Below are positions 10,901 to 22,900 of a stretch of 64,000 nucleotides of DNA, one piece after another. Position 1 is the first letter of the stretch; each line of letters opens with the position of its first letter. The DNA is from Catajapyx aquilonaris (taxonomy: Eukaryota), in the NCBI GenBank assembly GCA_000934665.2, contig JYFJ02000087.1, positions 1 through 64,000 of the forward strand, given 5' to 3'. The notes below the pieces were generated by a model. It worked only from the letters and a program-made list of their open reading frames with translations. It did no database searches and was not told the DNA's origin. A program made the translations under genes and the position numbers.

Positions 10901-13900
10901 TTGGGCAAATTTTCATTCTAGATGCAAAATTGAACAGATTCTCATATGCAAAATTCGCAACTGGGGTGGTCCCGCCCGTAGCACTATCTCGCCTGTGTAT
11001 ACGTTTCGGTTCGTTACTTTTCAGGGCGGAGTGATGCACCGAGCTACTGTTTTATGGGATGCATGGCCTGGGATAAGGTCAGTGGCGTCTATTTATTATG
11101 GCGGTTTTGTGTTTGGAAGGGGCCAATTAACGGCATGCCACCCTGGAGGAGATGGGGCGGGCTGCATTGGTGGCCGGATTCGCCCCTGGTTCGCCTGTCA
11201 CTCCGAAGCGTTTTGGAAAAAAAAAAACTGCTTGTATGAGTGAGGCCGGAAAATTATTCTGTGTCATGATAACCGGACGTGAACTCACGTTTTTGAGGCT
11301 CGATATTCACGAATTGCGATCCTGCCATAATCATCAGGGAAAGGTTTTTTTTGTAAAAAAATTGGGAGAATATGTGAAAGTTTTTAACGCGCTGCATTTA
11401 ATGAGATGGGAGGTGAAAAAAAAGTTCGGTGTTTTTTGATTGCGTTATCATAGTTCATCACGGACCGTCTGGTTGTTGAGCGATGTGTTTCGGCAATTAT
11501 GTAAAAATGCATCGCATGCAAATACAGCCGAGTCATAAGTGGCGTCATTAAATTGCTTCCAACCCAAAACAACATCAGGGAACTCATTTTCAAAACATCG
11601 ATCAGCCATAATGATAAGAATTTTGCGATGCATTGCCCCAAAAAATGATGTACATGCTCATGCGATTGTATTTTTTGTTAAACTGCTTGAAAGCAGGATG
11701 AAGCGAGGTTATTGCACCTAACAGTCTAAGTTATTACTTTTCTTTCCAGGTCATACGATTACCGCTCCTGACTTTTAGACTCCCCTCAGGATACGAAAGG
11801 CATCTACATCCTTTTGATCTTTAGGATACACTATATTGAATCACCGGATACCATTTGCTGACAGCACAATACAAACCTTATTTTCTCAAATATTAAGGAA
11901 CCCTGGGAGCTGTTTAGCTAAATAACGGCCTATATACGGAAACAATTCTTAAAAGAACTGCCCCTCTCCGTCTCCCCCCAACCAATACGTACTCCTGACA
12001 AATGCTCCTCATAAAAGTAATGGCAGTCGTAATCGCAGCTGCGTTCTGAAGATGGAAGCAAACCGAGCTCCGGTGATATATGAAACAGACGTAAAAGGAT
12101 AAACGTTTACCAGGGGGGTGCAGCCCTAAGGGACAGCACTCTGGACGCGTCCCCGGTGGGCTAATGAAATCACTAACTTCATCCCTACACTGTGCTAATG
12201 ACGTCACGCGCACACTTTTCACTCCAGCCACGTAATCTACTAATCCAGAGGTCTGGACCGTACACGGGGAAGGCCCGGCCCAAACAAATTGGGACCTGGA
12301 TTTTAACAGCCGGATTAGCTTCAGGGGGGCCTGCTGGTTAAACCCTCGGGGGCACGCTCCTTTTTAATGTTTGCCTTCAAAAGAGGCCTAAATGAAATCA
12401 GGTGTTTTCATTATAATCTCGTTTCAAAAACACGGAAGCTATGAATGGGGGTTGTGCACGGAAAATTGGGGCGCTTCTCAAAGAGCGCGATTCAAACGTC
12501 CTAGAAATAGGAAAATATGATATTGGGAGGCACTAATTGCGTTACTTACTGGCCAAAACAGGGAGTAATTTTTAATGGAAGACAAAGCCAATGCTCGTTC
12601 GATATTCCGCTTTATTAGCGGAGCTGAGTTGGCGCATGAGATGGCATATTGCTCACTAACAAGATGCTGCAGCCTTGTCTGGCCCACATCAAGCTGCAGG
12701 TCAGTACAGGTCACGGAAACCCCCACGATTTTCTAACCCATTCATTCAATCACAAGTAACCCTGAAGCATCCTGTACAAAACAGAACGCCATTAATTTCC
12801 TCAAGGCGACAAATCCTTTAAGAGAAAGCCCAACTCCACCCATCACATACTTGGAATCAAACCAAAATGACGCCTAACCACAACGCGATGGTGGAATTGA
12901 ACGTCCTACGCACACAAAAGACACACTGAAACCACATGTGGGCGTCGGAAATGACATTCCGTCACAGGACACCCCCAGGATAAAAGGAGCTTGGTGTAAA
13001 AAGGAGTCGTATGTCCCGTTTTCCTTCGGCACGCTCGGCTTGCTTCAGGCCTAGGGACCACATAAAATGGCCATCCCCCAACAGCAACAGATGTAGTCAA
13101 GTCTCTTACGGCTCTTTCTTTCACCCCACTGCTCCGACCGGAAAGAGGACTCCATTCAAAAAGGCGCCTTTCACCGTTTTATGAAGTTAGCACGCTCTGG
13201 AAGGCCCCGAAAAGAATCCGGCTTTTGGGGAGCCCCCCCACCATTCACGAGGAAACCCGAGAATCGGATTTAATTTCTACCACATTGCAGGGTTCAGCTG
13301 GCTCCCAATTTTGTGGGCACCAGCAAGAGGTCACCTTTCCACCTCCCGAAGAAGGAAGGCGCCATCCTGCTCCATTTCCCGCTTCCAACTTGACCTCCAT
13401 AACAATCAGCCAATTATGCTAAACCATCCCTACCTTCAGTTTTTGCGTGTGTCCACACTGGCAACAACAGTACGAGATGTAGTCAGGCAACTTGGGAAGA
13501 ATCTGCAGGTAATCTTTGTCCAAAAGTTTCCGATACTTCACTGCGAAGAATGGATTTCCACTGCCACTCCAGTACTTCAGCCGGCCCATTACTCTTCGTG
13601 ATGGAGTGATGTGGTCAACAATTGTGTCTATCGCTTGCCATATGTTATGGCCTGTACCATCTGCGTCACGAATAAGTTTTTAAATTTTAATATGATGGTT
13701 CAACGAACTTGTACCAATAGTACCTTCACGTGCCTTCCTCAAGTATGATATAATTTCACCAGGGCTTCTCACTTTTGCAATACACGCGCACACACTCTAG
13801 CTATAGTAGACACGTGAGAGAGGTCCACTTGAAGTAATCCACTAGAATCGAAGAGAGCGTGAAGACTGAGGCCGCTCAGAGGCCCATCCAGCCAGGAATG

Positions 13901-16900
13901 TGAAGGAGAAGGGCTAGGGGGGAGGCCCTGTTTGCCTTTTTCCCATGCAACTTTTGGTTGGGAGGCTCTCCACTAGCACACCACTCTTCTCTCCAACCAA
14001 CAACCATCCAGTTCTGCCCCTCTACTGGGAACTCAGATAAACTTTTCAAGTGGACCCCCGGCTCATTCCCACCTCCATTCATCGGACCACATACAACGCT
14101 GGGGTCTATTTTTGCAGGAAATTCAATTCCAGGAAAATGGAGGGGGGAAAAAAAAGGTCGAGTGGGTTATCGAGTGGTTTATTTACATAGCCTGAAAGTG
14201 GAGCCGGTTCGGACATGGTCAACAATGTGCTAGGTGCACTATTTTTATAACTTGTAAAATCAATGGCGTCATTGTTGAGAGTGACGAAACATTCCTGAGG
14301 AGGTCAATGAACATGACCCCCTTTTTTCTGGTCATCAAATCAGGCTGATCTTACCTAAATACCTCAAGTTCCACAAAGTGTAGGAAGAAGAGTGTGGGGG
14401 ATGTTGAGTGGGGGGGGGGGGGTTGTCCGGGGTGGGTTGAAGGGACTAAGAATGCCAGGAATCTCACGTCCAGCAGGTTCCTGGCTGTCGGCCACCCCCA
14501 GGCCACCCCCACATCTTTCCCCCATGAAATTTTCCAGGCATTGCTCCACCTGGTGCTGGAACGGCTTAAAACGCAGTGTTGCCATCCAACAGCAGGTGGC
14601 CGCACATGCATCATAATTTGAATAATATCATATGTCTGACAGTGTTGTGACACTGCATGTAACCAATTGTTGACATTGTGTATAAGTAATAAGAGAGTCT
14701 TGTGAAAGTAACCCCCTGTCGCCACTTACTTTGTCGGCTTCCATCGTCTCTGGGGGGAAAAAAAACTTATTGGAACGTTCCAGCCTGGAAAATATCTCCT
14801 TTTTTTTTCCAGGTTCGCGTTTCTAAGACTTGAGGCAAGCCCCTTTGGCCACTCCACAAAAAGAAGGGCTGGAATTTCATTCCTTGGAATCTCGAGGCTT
14901 TAGTTTTCCTGTACTTCACTTCCAGGCTCGAATTCATCTCTTTGGGATACCGGACCTGGACCAGGCTCGTTACCGAAGCAATTCTGTGGACCAGATTGGG
15001 CCGCAACCGAATTTCCAAAGGACTTAAGGATTAACCGCACCTGCCACTGGACACTTTGAGCCTGGGTAAAATAACAGGTTGGGGTTGGTGCTGAAACGCA
15101 CTTATAAGTAACCTCCAAGGAAGAGATTTTGGATTGGGAAAATATGTCAATTGGCTCGGAGTAAATTGTGCGGTTTGGGTCACGGACTGTTCGCGTGTCA
15201 GTGAGGACTCTTTTTACTCCCCGCCTTTGTCCCTTCTTTATGATGACCATTTACCTCGAAAATTGTACAAGCCGGATCGGAATGTAGTTTTGGCACGCAC
15301 AGGCGAAGATCGCAATACTTTCATGCACGAATTCCGTGCAAATTGTTTCGAATATTGAATTGACCAGGTCTTCACATTCAATGTTGCATATCGTAATTGT
15401 TGTGTACATTATCTGGCCATTGTATGTTGTGTGATGATGTCAAAAGCTATTAGATAATTGAAGTAGTTATTAGCAGTATATTGTGAGCTGTATAGTATTT
15501 GTGCAATTTGCTGGAGTCACCAATGAACAGTCCATCCTAGCGTATGGACACAGGCATTTAATTTCAATTGACGCTATCACCTGTTGCTTTCGGTTCTGTA
15601 TCGATTGCGGGCTAGTGTTGGAAATGTAGCTCATCAAATGCAGTTACCTGCAGTTACAGTTAGTGCGTGGAAAAGCAATCGTCGGGACCTAATTTATTAC
15701 TGTGTAGTTACCAGGCTGCTTGGGGAAAAAAATTAGCCCAGTCAAACTACAGTTACAGGCACAAGTTACAGTTACTAATTAAAGTTAACTCGAATAATAT
15801 TGGACTGTTTTTCTCCATTTGCACGCAACCTTTGCATCACCTTTGAGTAACCAAATGTCTCCTCCAAATTCACAAACTGATCCTGCATATCCTCAAATAT
15901 GGAACTTCTCAGCAAATCGTAATCCTTTAGAAGCCTCACTGGGCACCGACTTGAAAATGGTCAATATTGGAAGAAGAAAAAAACTGTTGAAATCCGAAGA
16001 AAAGAGTTGGTGGAACGAAAGACGTGGTGTGCTGCCTGATTACATGGGCCACATTCCCAAAGGCCAAGGTGGGAAGTGGCGTGCCGAGGGTCCAATCACG
16101 CATCCTCCTTCGTCCTCTCATTATCCCCAAAAACCTCCGCCTCTCCTTCTTCTCTCCCCTACTCGTCTAATCCCCCTTAATCCTGACCCCTATGAGTTAC
16201 TGGGTATGGAATTTCCGGAATGTGTTGCGTCCGGGTCTGTTTCTTCACGCATGATTCCCAGAAAATCACGATCAAAATGCCTCGCATAGCATAGACTCAA
16301 ATGGAAAAAAAGAAATATAATTCAACACTGTTGTAATAATTAATTGGCAACAATTGCGCAGTGCCATTTGCAACACCAACCCTGAAGCCGAATCAATTAA
16401 CAAGGCATCGGCTCACCCAGCTGGAAACTCATCTCACCAACACCCCCCCAGCTTGATTGATGAACTACCCAATTGTTGAGTGCGTATCTGGTTAGCTTGC
16501 AAGCCCCATCGTTTTATGAGCTAAAGGTGCGAGTGCATTTTGGGATCCTATCCGGAAGGCTTTTCCCTCCAAGCCAAGCTTTTACGAGGCGCTTTGAACC
16601 CCGGCGGACGACTATTTCCAAACACATTCTACCATCTTTTATATGCAAATCTCCTTACAGTGGGGCAAGCTTGATGACCCCTACTCTGAAGCTATGAATT
16701 GTTGACAAAGTAATATGCCCCATTTTTATCCCCTTAAATTAATTCCGGTTGAGAGCAATGACCCAAACAATTTTGGGTGGAGTTAGGTGACAATCCCTGC
16801 GTGAAAAATGATTTGGAAAAAAAAAAGGCGGCTTCTTTTTCATCGACAGATCCGTCCTAGAAAATTAATCCCAGAGGCGAGACTTCCTCCGACGCTGTCA

Positions 16901-19900
16901 GGACCTAGAGTGAATTAAGCCTGCCAAAGTCGGACGTGGCCCACCTTTTTTGTTCGCAAAACCCCCTAAAAAAAGTTCAGTAACCGCTCACAAAAAATAT
17001 GCAGATTTTTTTTTTTGCACCGTCCCACGCGAGCCTTATTTGCACTAGATTTTATCCCTACCTGTGTACAGTCCATTACAAGGCAACAAGAGAAAGCACT
17101 TGTTAGTTAATTAGGAAGAATGCATTATTCATCGAGTTTCGCAGGGGCCGTAAAGAGCCAGGTGGAACCCCCCCCCCCCCCATACAACGTTGCCAATTTT
17201 TTCCCCCAACCATTATTTCGCAGAGTGTGGACAATATTTTACGGATCATATTGGAGGAAGTGACGGAAACAGCAGGACCCTTTGCCCCGTTGCTTACTTT
17301 CAACAGGACAGGAAAATGACACAAGTTCGCACAGCCGGAGTCTCTCCGTATAACTTTGCCAAGTTCCAGCATCCGGGGGCTGGGAAACTAGTTGAGGAAA
17401 TACGGACCCCGGAAAGCTCCCTGTGATGCATTTCTCTCGCCGTTTGCTGTCACATTACTCTGCCGAGTGCTGGACCCGCGGCTCCCAGCCCCCGCTTCAC
17501 TCTCCTTTATGAAGGCTCTACTACAGGCACATTCTCCATGTTTGACTTACTTTCGCCCTCACTTACAACCACTTTACCTCATTTTCGCCTCCTTTTACCC
17601 CCCCCCCCCCCCCCNCCTTTCCCCCCCCCCCCCCCTGCCTTACTATTGCAATTCAACTGAGCTGACTCGACGGCCTTTTACTTTTATGTAATTTTGCGCG
17701 TGGTAGAGCATCAGCTGATAGGCTACACAAAATGCAGCGATAATTCACTCAAGTCGCAATTAAAAGCTTGAATCAAGCCTGAGTCGTCTACTTTGTAATT
17801 ACTGGCAGAAATCCCGTCATTTTTTAAAATATGATCGTCCTGCAGAGAGCACCACTTGGCCGACCAACAAAGCATATATGCTTCCAAAAATATCAAATCA
17901 CATTAATAGCTCTCACAAATAATTGTAATTATTATAACACCACTTCACACAATATTACATTAATTAATATAATTTCTGGCGGATTTAAATTAATTAACAC
18001 CCCCCCCCCCCTGTAGCTACCTGAAACTCCCTACATCTATTCATACATATAGTACTTCTGATTTCCAATATAACGCTAAATGAGCCCTTTAAATAATCAA
18101 AACTATAAATATTGGATTATGATAAATTCGATTGCGGATATTCGTCATTTACAAACCTATTGACGCCAAATATTGAGGTTCTACCATCCAAACCTATTCA
18201 GCGACCTGTACACACGGTCAGTTCAAATGTCAATAGATGCAGGTTAATTACAACGCGTTGCAAAATAATGGTACTTGCATCACAATTTGCGCCATCTCTT
18301 ATTGCGAACCTAACCTGATGCTAACCACTCCACGACAATAGGCAACTGCGCCTATATACGCCTGATGCCCTAAAAAGAGGAGGGCAGGGTCCAGTGTTGT
18401 ATGACGTCAAAAAACCCCTAACGTACTCCCCCCACGGCGACCCTAAGTCACATTAAGCTCCGTCGGCAAAGCTGACGGTCCGAAATGAGATCTCCCGGTT
18501 TCTCGACCCCGGATGATAATTTATGACATAATAAGTCGAGGAAACCCCCGAGTGGACTTGCTTTGCCTCCATGCTAACTCGCAATTACCATCGCCGAGGT
18601 CACTATTATAACCGATGGGGACACACAACCAAAGGGACTCTCTTTATAGCATGGTTTTTTTCCCGTCTTATCCTGAGACGCACGCAACCAACCGTGAGGC
18701 GGCCTAACCCTCAGGATGCACTTAGCACATTAAAACTGCTTATCTCTGCCGCCATTATTCCAATTGTCTTCTGCCCCAAGGGTTTGGGCGGTTCTGACTC
18801 TACGGACCAGAAAAACGAGCTGTGCTGGCGCCTTGTAAATCCGCCTAATATTCCTGAATATTTATCAAAGGAAGCCATGCAGGCAGCAGGACCCCCCGAT
18901 TTCCATCCCATTTTTATAGACGTCGGGAGCGTAAAGGCGTATAAAACGTTGTATAGCCTTCCTTTTCCCCCCCTCACTAAATGGCCTCGAAGGAATGTCG
19001 CAAAACGCTTCGGGAGGCCAGCGATGACTTATGGGTAATTGACGTGAGCATCCCTCCCCCCTTCCATGGTCTCCAGGGGAGGATTTTCATGGCCATCTGA
19101 CTCGGAAATGGGCTCAGGAGGGTTGTCCAAAGACGCCATTGCTGTGGTCTCCCTTGGATCAATTCCGCTATCGTGCCTACAAGCAGTTGTTGACTCATTT
19201 CGTAGCGTTCCTGGCAAGATAATGCCCGCAGATATTGGCCAATAAATATGAGGATTACGCGTGTAACTCATGTGCCAGACGACGTGAGAAGCAAATAAAC
19301 ATTCAACTTGGGGACGTTTTGATTGTAATTGTGGTTACAGAAAGTGACTACACTGCAGCATGTAGGACACAAATCCGGTGAGAAGAGCTTGCCGGGAAAC
19401 ACAGGGAAACAACATTGTCATAATGCGGTATGGTTTCCACCCCAAATCCGGCTCTGGTATAGAATTAACCTCCAAAACACGGCCAGGTCTAATTTGTCTA
19501 GCAATTTAGGCGTGATAGCCCCAAAGGGAATCGAGGGCCTGTTATCCAAACGTCTGGCACGGGATGCAATGCCTAATTCCTTGGGACAGTTTCTAATCCG
19601 TCGTTTATGCCACGACCGGCTCAGGTGCAAACCTGGCAACGGGATTAAAACGGGCACGGTTTTGACTGACTTGTTATAAATTTTGTGTGCAACTTGAGGA
19701 AATGTCCCATATTTTTGTCCAAAAGGGTACCGAACCTCCCTAGAGAGTACCTAGCAAATAATTAATTCAATTTCCCTTCTGCCTAGATTACGGGCTCGGT
19801 GAGCGTGATTTGCACAAATTAAGTCCCCCAACATCTGCATCTATAAGTACAAACTCCGTTGGGTTTCCTCAGCAGACAAGGAAAACGCGAGTGAAAACAA

Positions 19901-22900
19901 GACAGTCATGCTCGTCTCTTCTCTTCCTGGCGCTGATAGTCGAGCCGGAATAATCACCGCGTGATGTGCATAGTGCGGCCTCATTAACCATTTTACCCCC
20001 ACCCGGATTATCATGCCTCTGCTAATCCCGGAAACACCCAATTTTTGTCGCGCCCAAAAAATCGGCATTCATGCAAGCATGTTATTGGTTCCCTCCCTTT
20101 GTGCACACCAGGGTCGTAATCTCCATCAGCGATGAGGAACCGCTCCCTAGATCACTATTGTTATGTTCATGATTATTGCCATGCCCTCAGACTCCTTGAC
20201 GGACGTTTTCAAAAGCTGAACCGTTGGGGGGGATATTACGACGGGGGTTTAATGTCAGTGGAAATGGGCTGAGATAAATTTTCTCTAAACGCTCGTGGGG
20301 GATTTCATCTGAGATTTCCAACCCAAGGATGTCCAAACAGCGTAGGAAAAAAAATTGGATCTGTTTATATGAACTTAGCTGTTTTTGGTGAGGGAAACAT
20401 GAGCAGTAATATGCCATTACAGCCGACGCTTATAGACGATTCATTTGCGTTAGCAGCGCAAGCTGTGTGGAAGGGTGGATATAATTGCAAGCCGTAATCA
20501 AAGAGCATGAGAATCCAATGAATCAAGCTAGCGGCATTTAATCTTGTTTTCAGCTGGCTGCAACATTATTAATCACACGCATGACAAATGATACCAGAAC
20601 AAAGTTGAATATTCCGGATCCCTCCCCAAAAAGGGATCATTTTCCAGGCGACTTGTGCGTCGGAAGCTGGCTCATAACCGGGTTCCCACTGGCACGGTGG
20701 TTAAACTCTACTTTAGTGATCGATGATGGTAATTAAGATAATGAAGCACACGTTTCGATTGAGATGGGAAGGGGATGGAGAACACTGAGTTCAGCTCGGG
20801 ATGAGAAATCAGGGCTGATGCCAGTTTTTTTGGGGGGGCCAAAGCGGAAATTAATCAAACTCATCTTTCCCACAAAGCAAACAACCCCTGAAGTTATGAG
20901 ATTGCTGCAATTATACGACAAATAATCACGCCATTCAGTCACTGTCTTCAAATCTAAAAATGACGCACCAGATGACACTATTTTTTTCTACCATCTACAA
21001 AATTATGTTGCAAAAATCCTCACTTCATTTTTAATGGCCAACTGCCCCCGACAAACCTTCCCCATCGACAAATTCCAATTTGCGGGCTCGCGACGCAGTT
21101 GACTAATTGAGATAACTCATGGGGCCCTGGCTGGGTCACTCGATAAAGCGCGACATATTTTCCCCGGCGCGATGATATGAATCCGGTAACAAAGTGCTCG
21201 CAGTTACGCCCAAAGTTAATTAATTGTGATTACTCTGGCGGGAAGTGCATGCAGGGATGTTATTGGATGGATGTCCCACGCATGACCTCCGGAGGTCATC
21301 TGCGCAATGGAACACTGCGACGACGAGGTCAGAATAATGAGCAATGGTCGCCGTTTGGTTGGGGTCCAATAGTAAAATTCGTTGTTAAAACAATAAATTC
21401 GGATCCGTCCAATAAACAACACCCCGGGAGAACGGGGATTCCCCGCATTGCCCAAATTCCGGCTTATTCGCGAATCCGCTGATCTCCTTCTTCCCCAGAC
21501 TAAGACCACGTACAGTACGTGTAAGGCTCCGTACACGCCCATGCAGAAGAGAATGGCGGCGATGGTAGTCAGCAAGGAGATTGCAGAAACTCCGTCCTAG
21601 AGAGTTTCTGCCCCTCTCTCATGGGTCTTGTTGGGAAATGAACGAGCAACTGGAACCATAAATAAATTTGTGTGGGCTCATTCGTAGGGGGGAAAGGCAG
21701 CGGCCTGCCTCTTGGCCTCAGCCTAATGCCTGAAGCTTTCCTAATGAAATCCCTCTGCAAATGGGAGTACCCATATTTACACCCAACTAGTACGAAGGTA
21801 CCGGAGTGGTTCAGACAGAGAAAAAAAAGTGAGCTGAAAAAATCCTAGGGGAAAAGTGATCCCTGAGGGTTTGATGGGTTGAGAGGAAGAAGAATCTGTG
21901 CATGCTTTTAGCGCGATTAAAACTTTTCGCGGTTGGTGCGAGAGAGTAGAGGACATAACCCGAGTGACATTGACGGACGGGCACGATTGCAGACGGAAGA
22001 CCGACCGATACTCCAGCCCATTCCTGATAGGCACTGATTTAGCGCCTTGAAAAACTATCAGAGTTATAGCGAGAGGGAAAAATGGCGAGGGCATCAGTCA
22101 GCAAAGACGCCCGTATATTTTTCAATGCTTCGTTTTGAACTCGGAAAAAAAACAAGTCTACAGGCTGTCGATGATGTATGCCACTCTCTCTTCCTATGCA
22201 ATCTTTCTTCTCGTTCAATTTGTAAGGATTTAATGTCTCTCCGGACTCCGGCGCTCCTAGCATCAAATGAAAACTCCGTTTTTTGGGGGGAGAATTTTTA
22301 CTGCCTCTCTCCGTCTCCGCTTTCTCCCCACTTTATACTACCCCCATCGTACTGGACGCATTTAATTTTCCAAAAAATTAAGCCGTCGTCTGGATGGAAA
22401 ATAAAAGCAAGAGCTGCATTAATCCCGGGAGTGCTGCCAAGGGAGATAAGGGGATTGATGGAAAGGGAAAAGAGTCCTCCATCAAATGAACAGGGTGCTG
22501 TTTATACAGGGTGAGTCAGATTCACTTACCTGCTCAGCGTTTTTGGTGAGGAACGTGTGGCAATACTGGAGGCTGAAGTGTCCCCTGGGTTCTCTGGCAA
22601 GGAAGCTGAACTGTAGATGTGCCGGATCACAGGTTGCGTAGGAAATACGCCGCAACGCGTGGGCCATATACACGCTCTGAAACGAGGTAAAATTTCCTTC
22701 CTTAAGAGTTAAGAGCGTGAATAAAGAAACACTGGGGTTGTTATGAACCGGGGGAGGCGTCAATTAGATCAAGGAGGCAATTTGGAGGAGCGTAAAGCTG
22801 CCACGTGAAACGCGGTGCTCGTGACGGAATGAGTGGCTCCAAATGTGTTTGCTGGAATAAGAAACAGCTGTAGGGTGAATTTAAGCGAGTCCTTTTGCCA

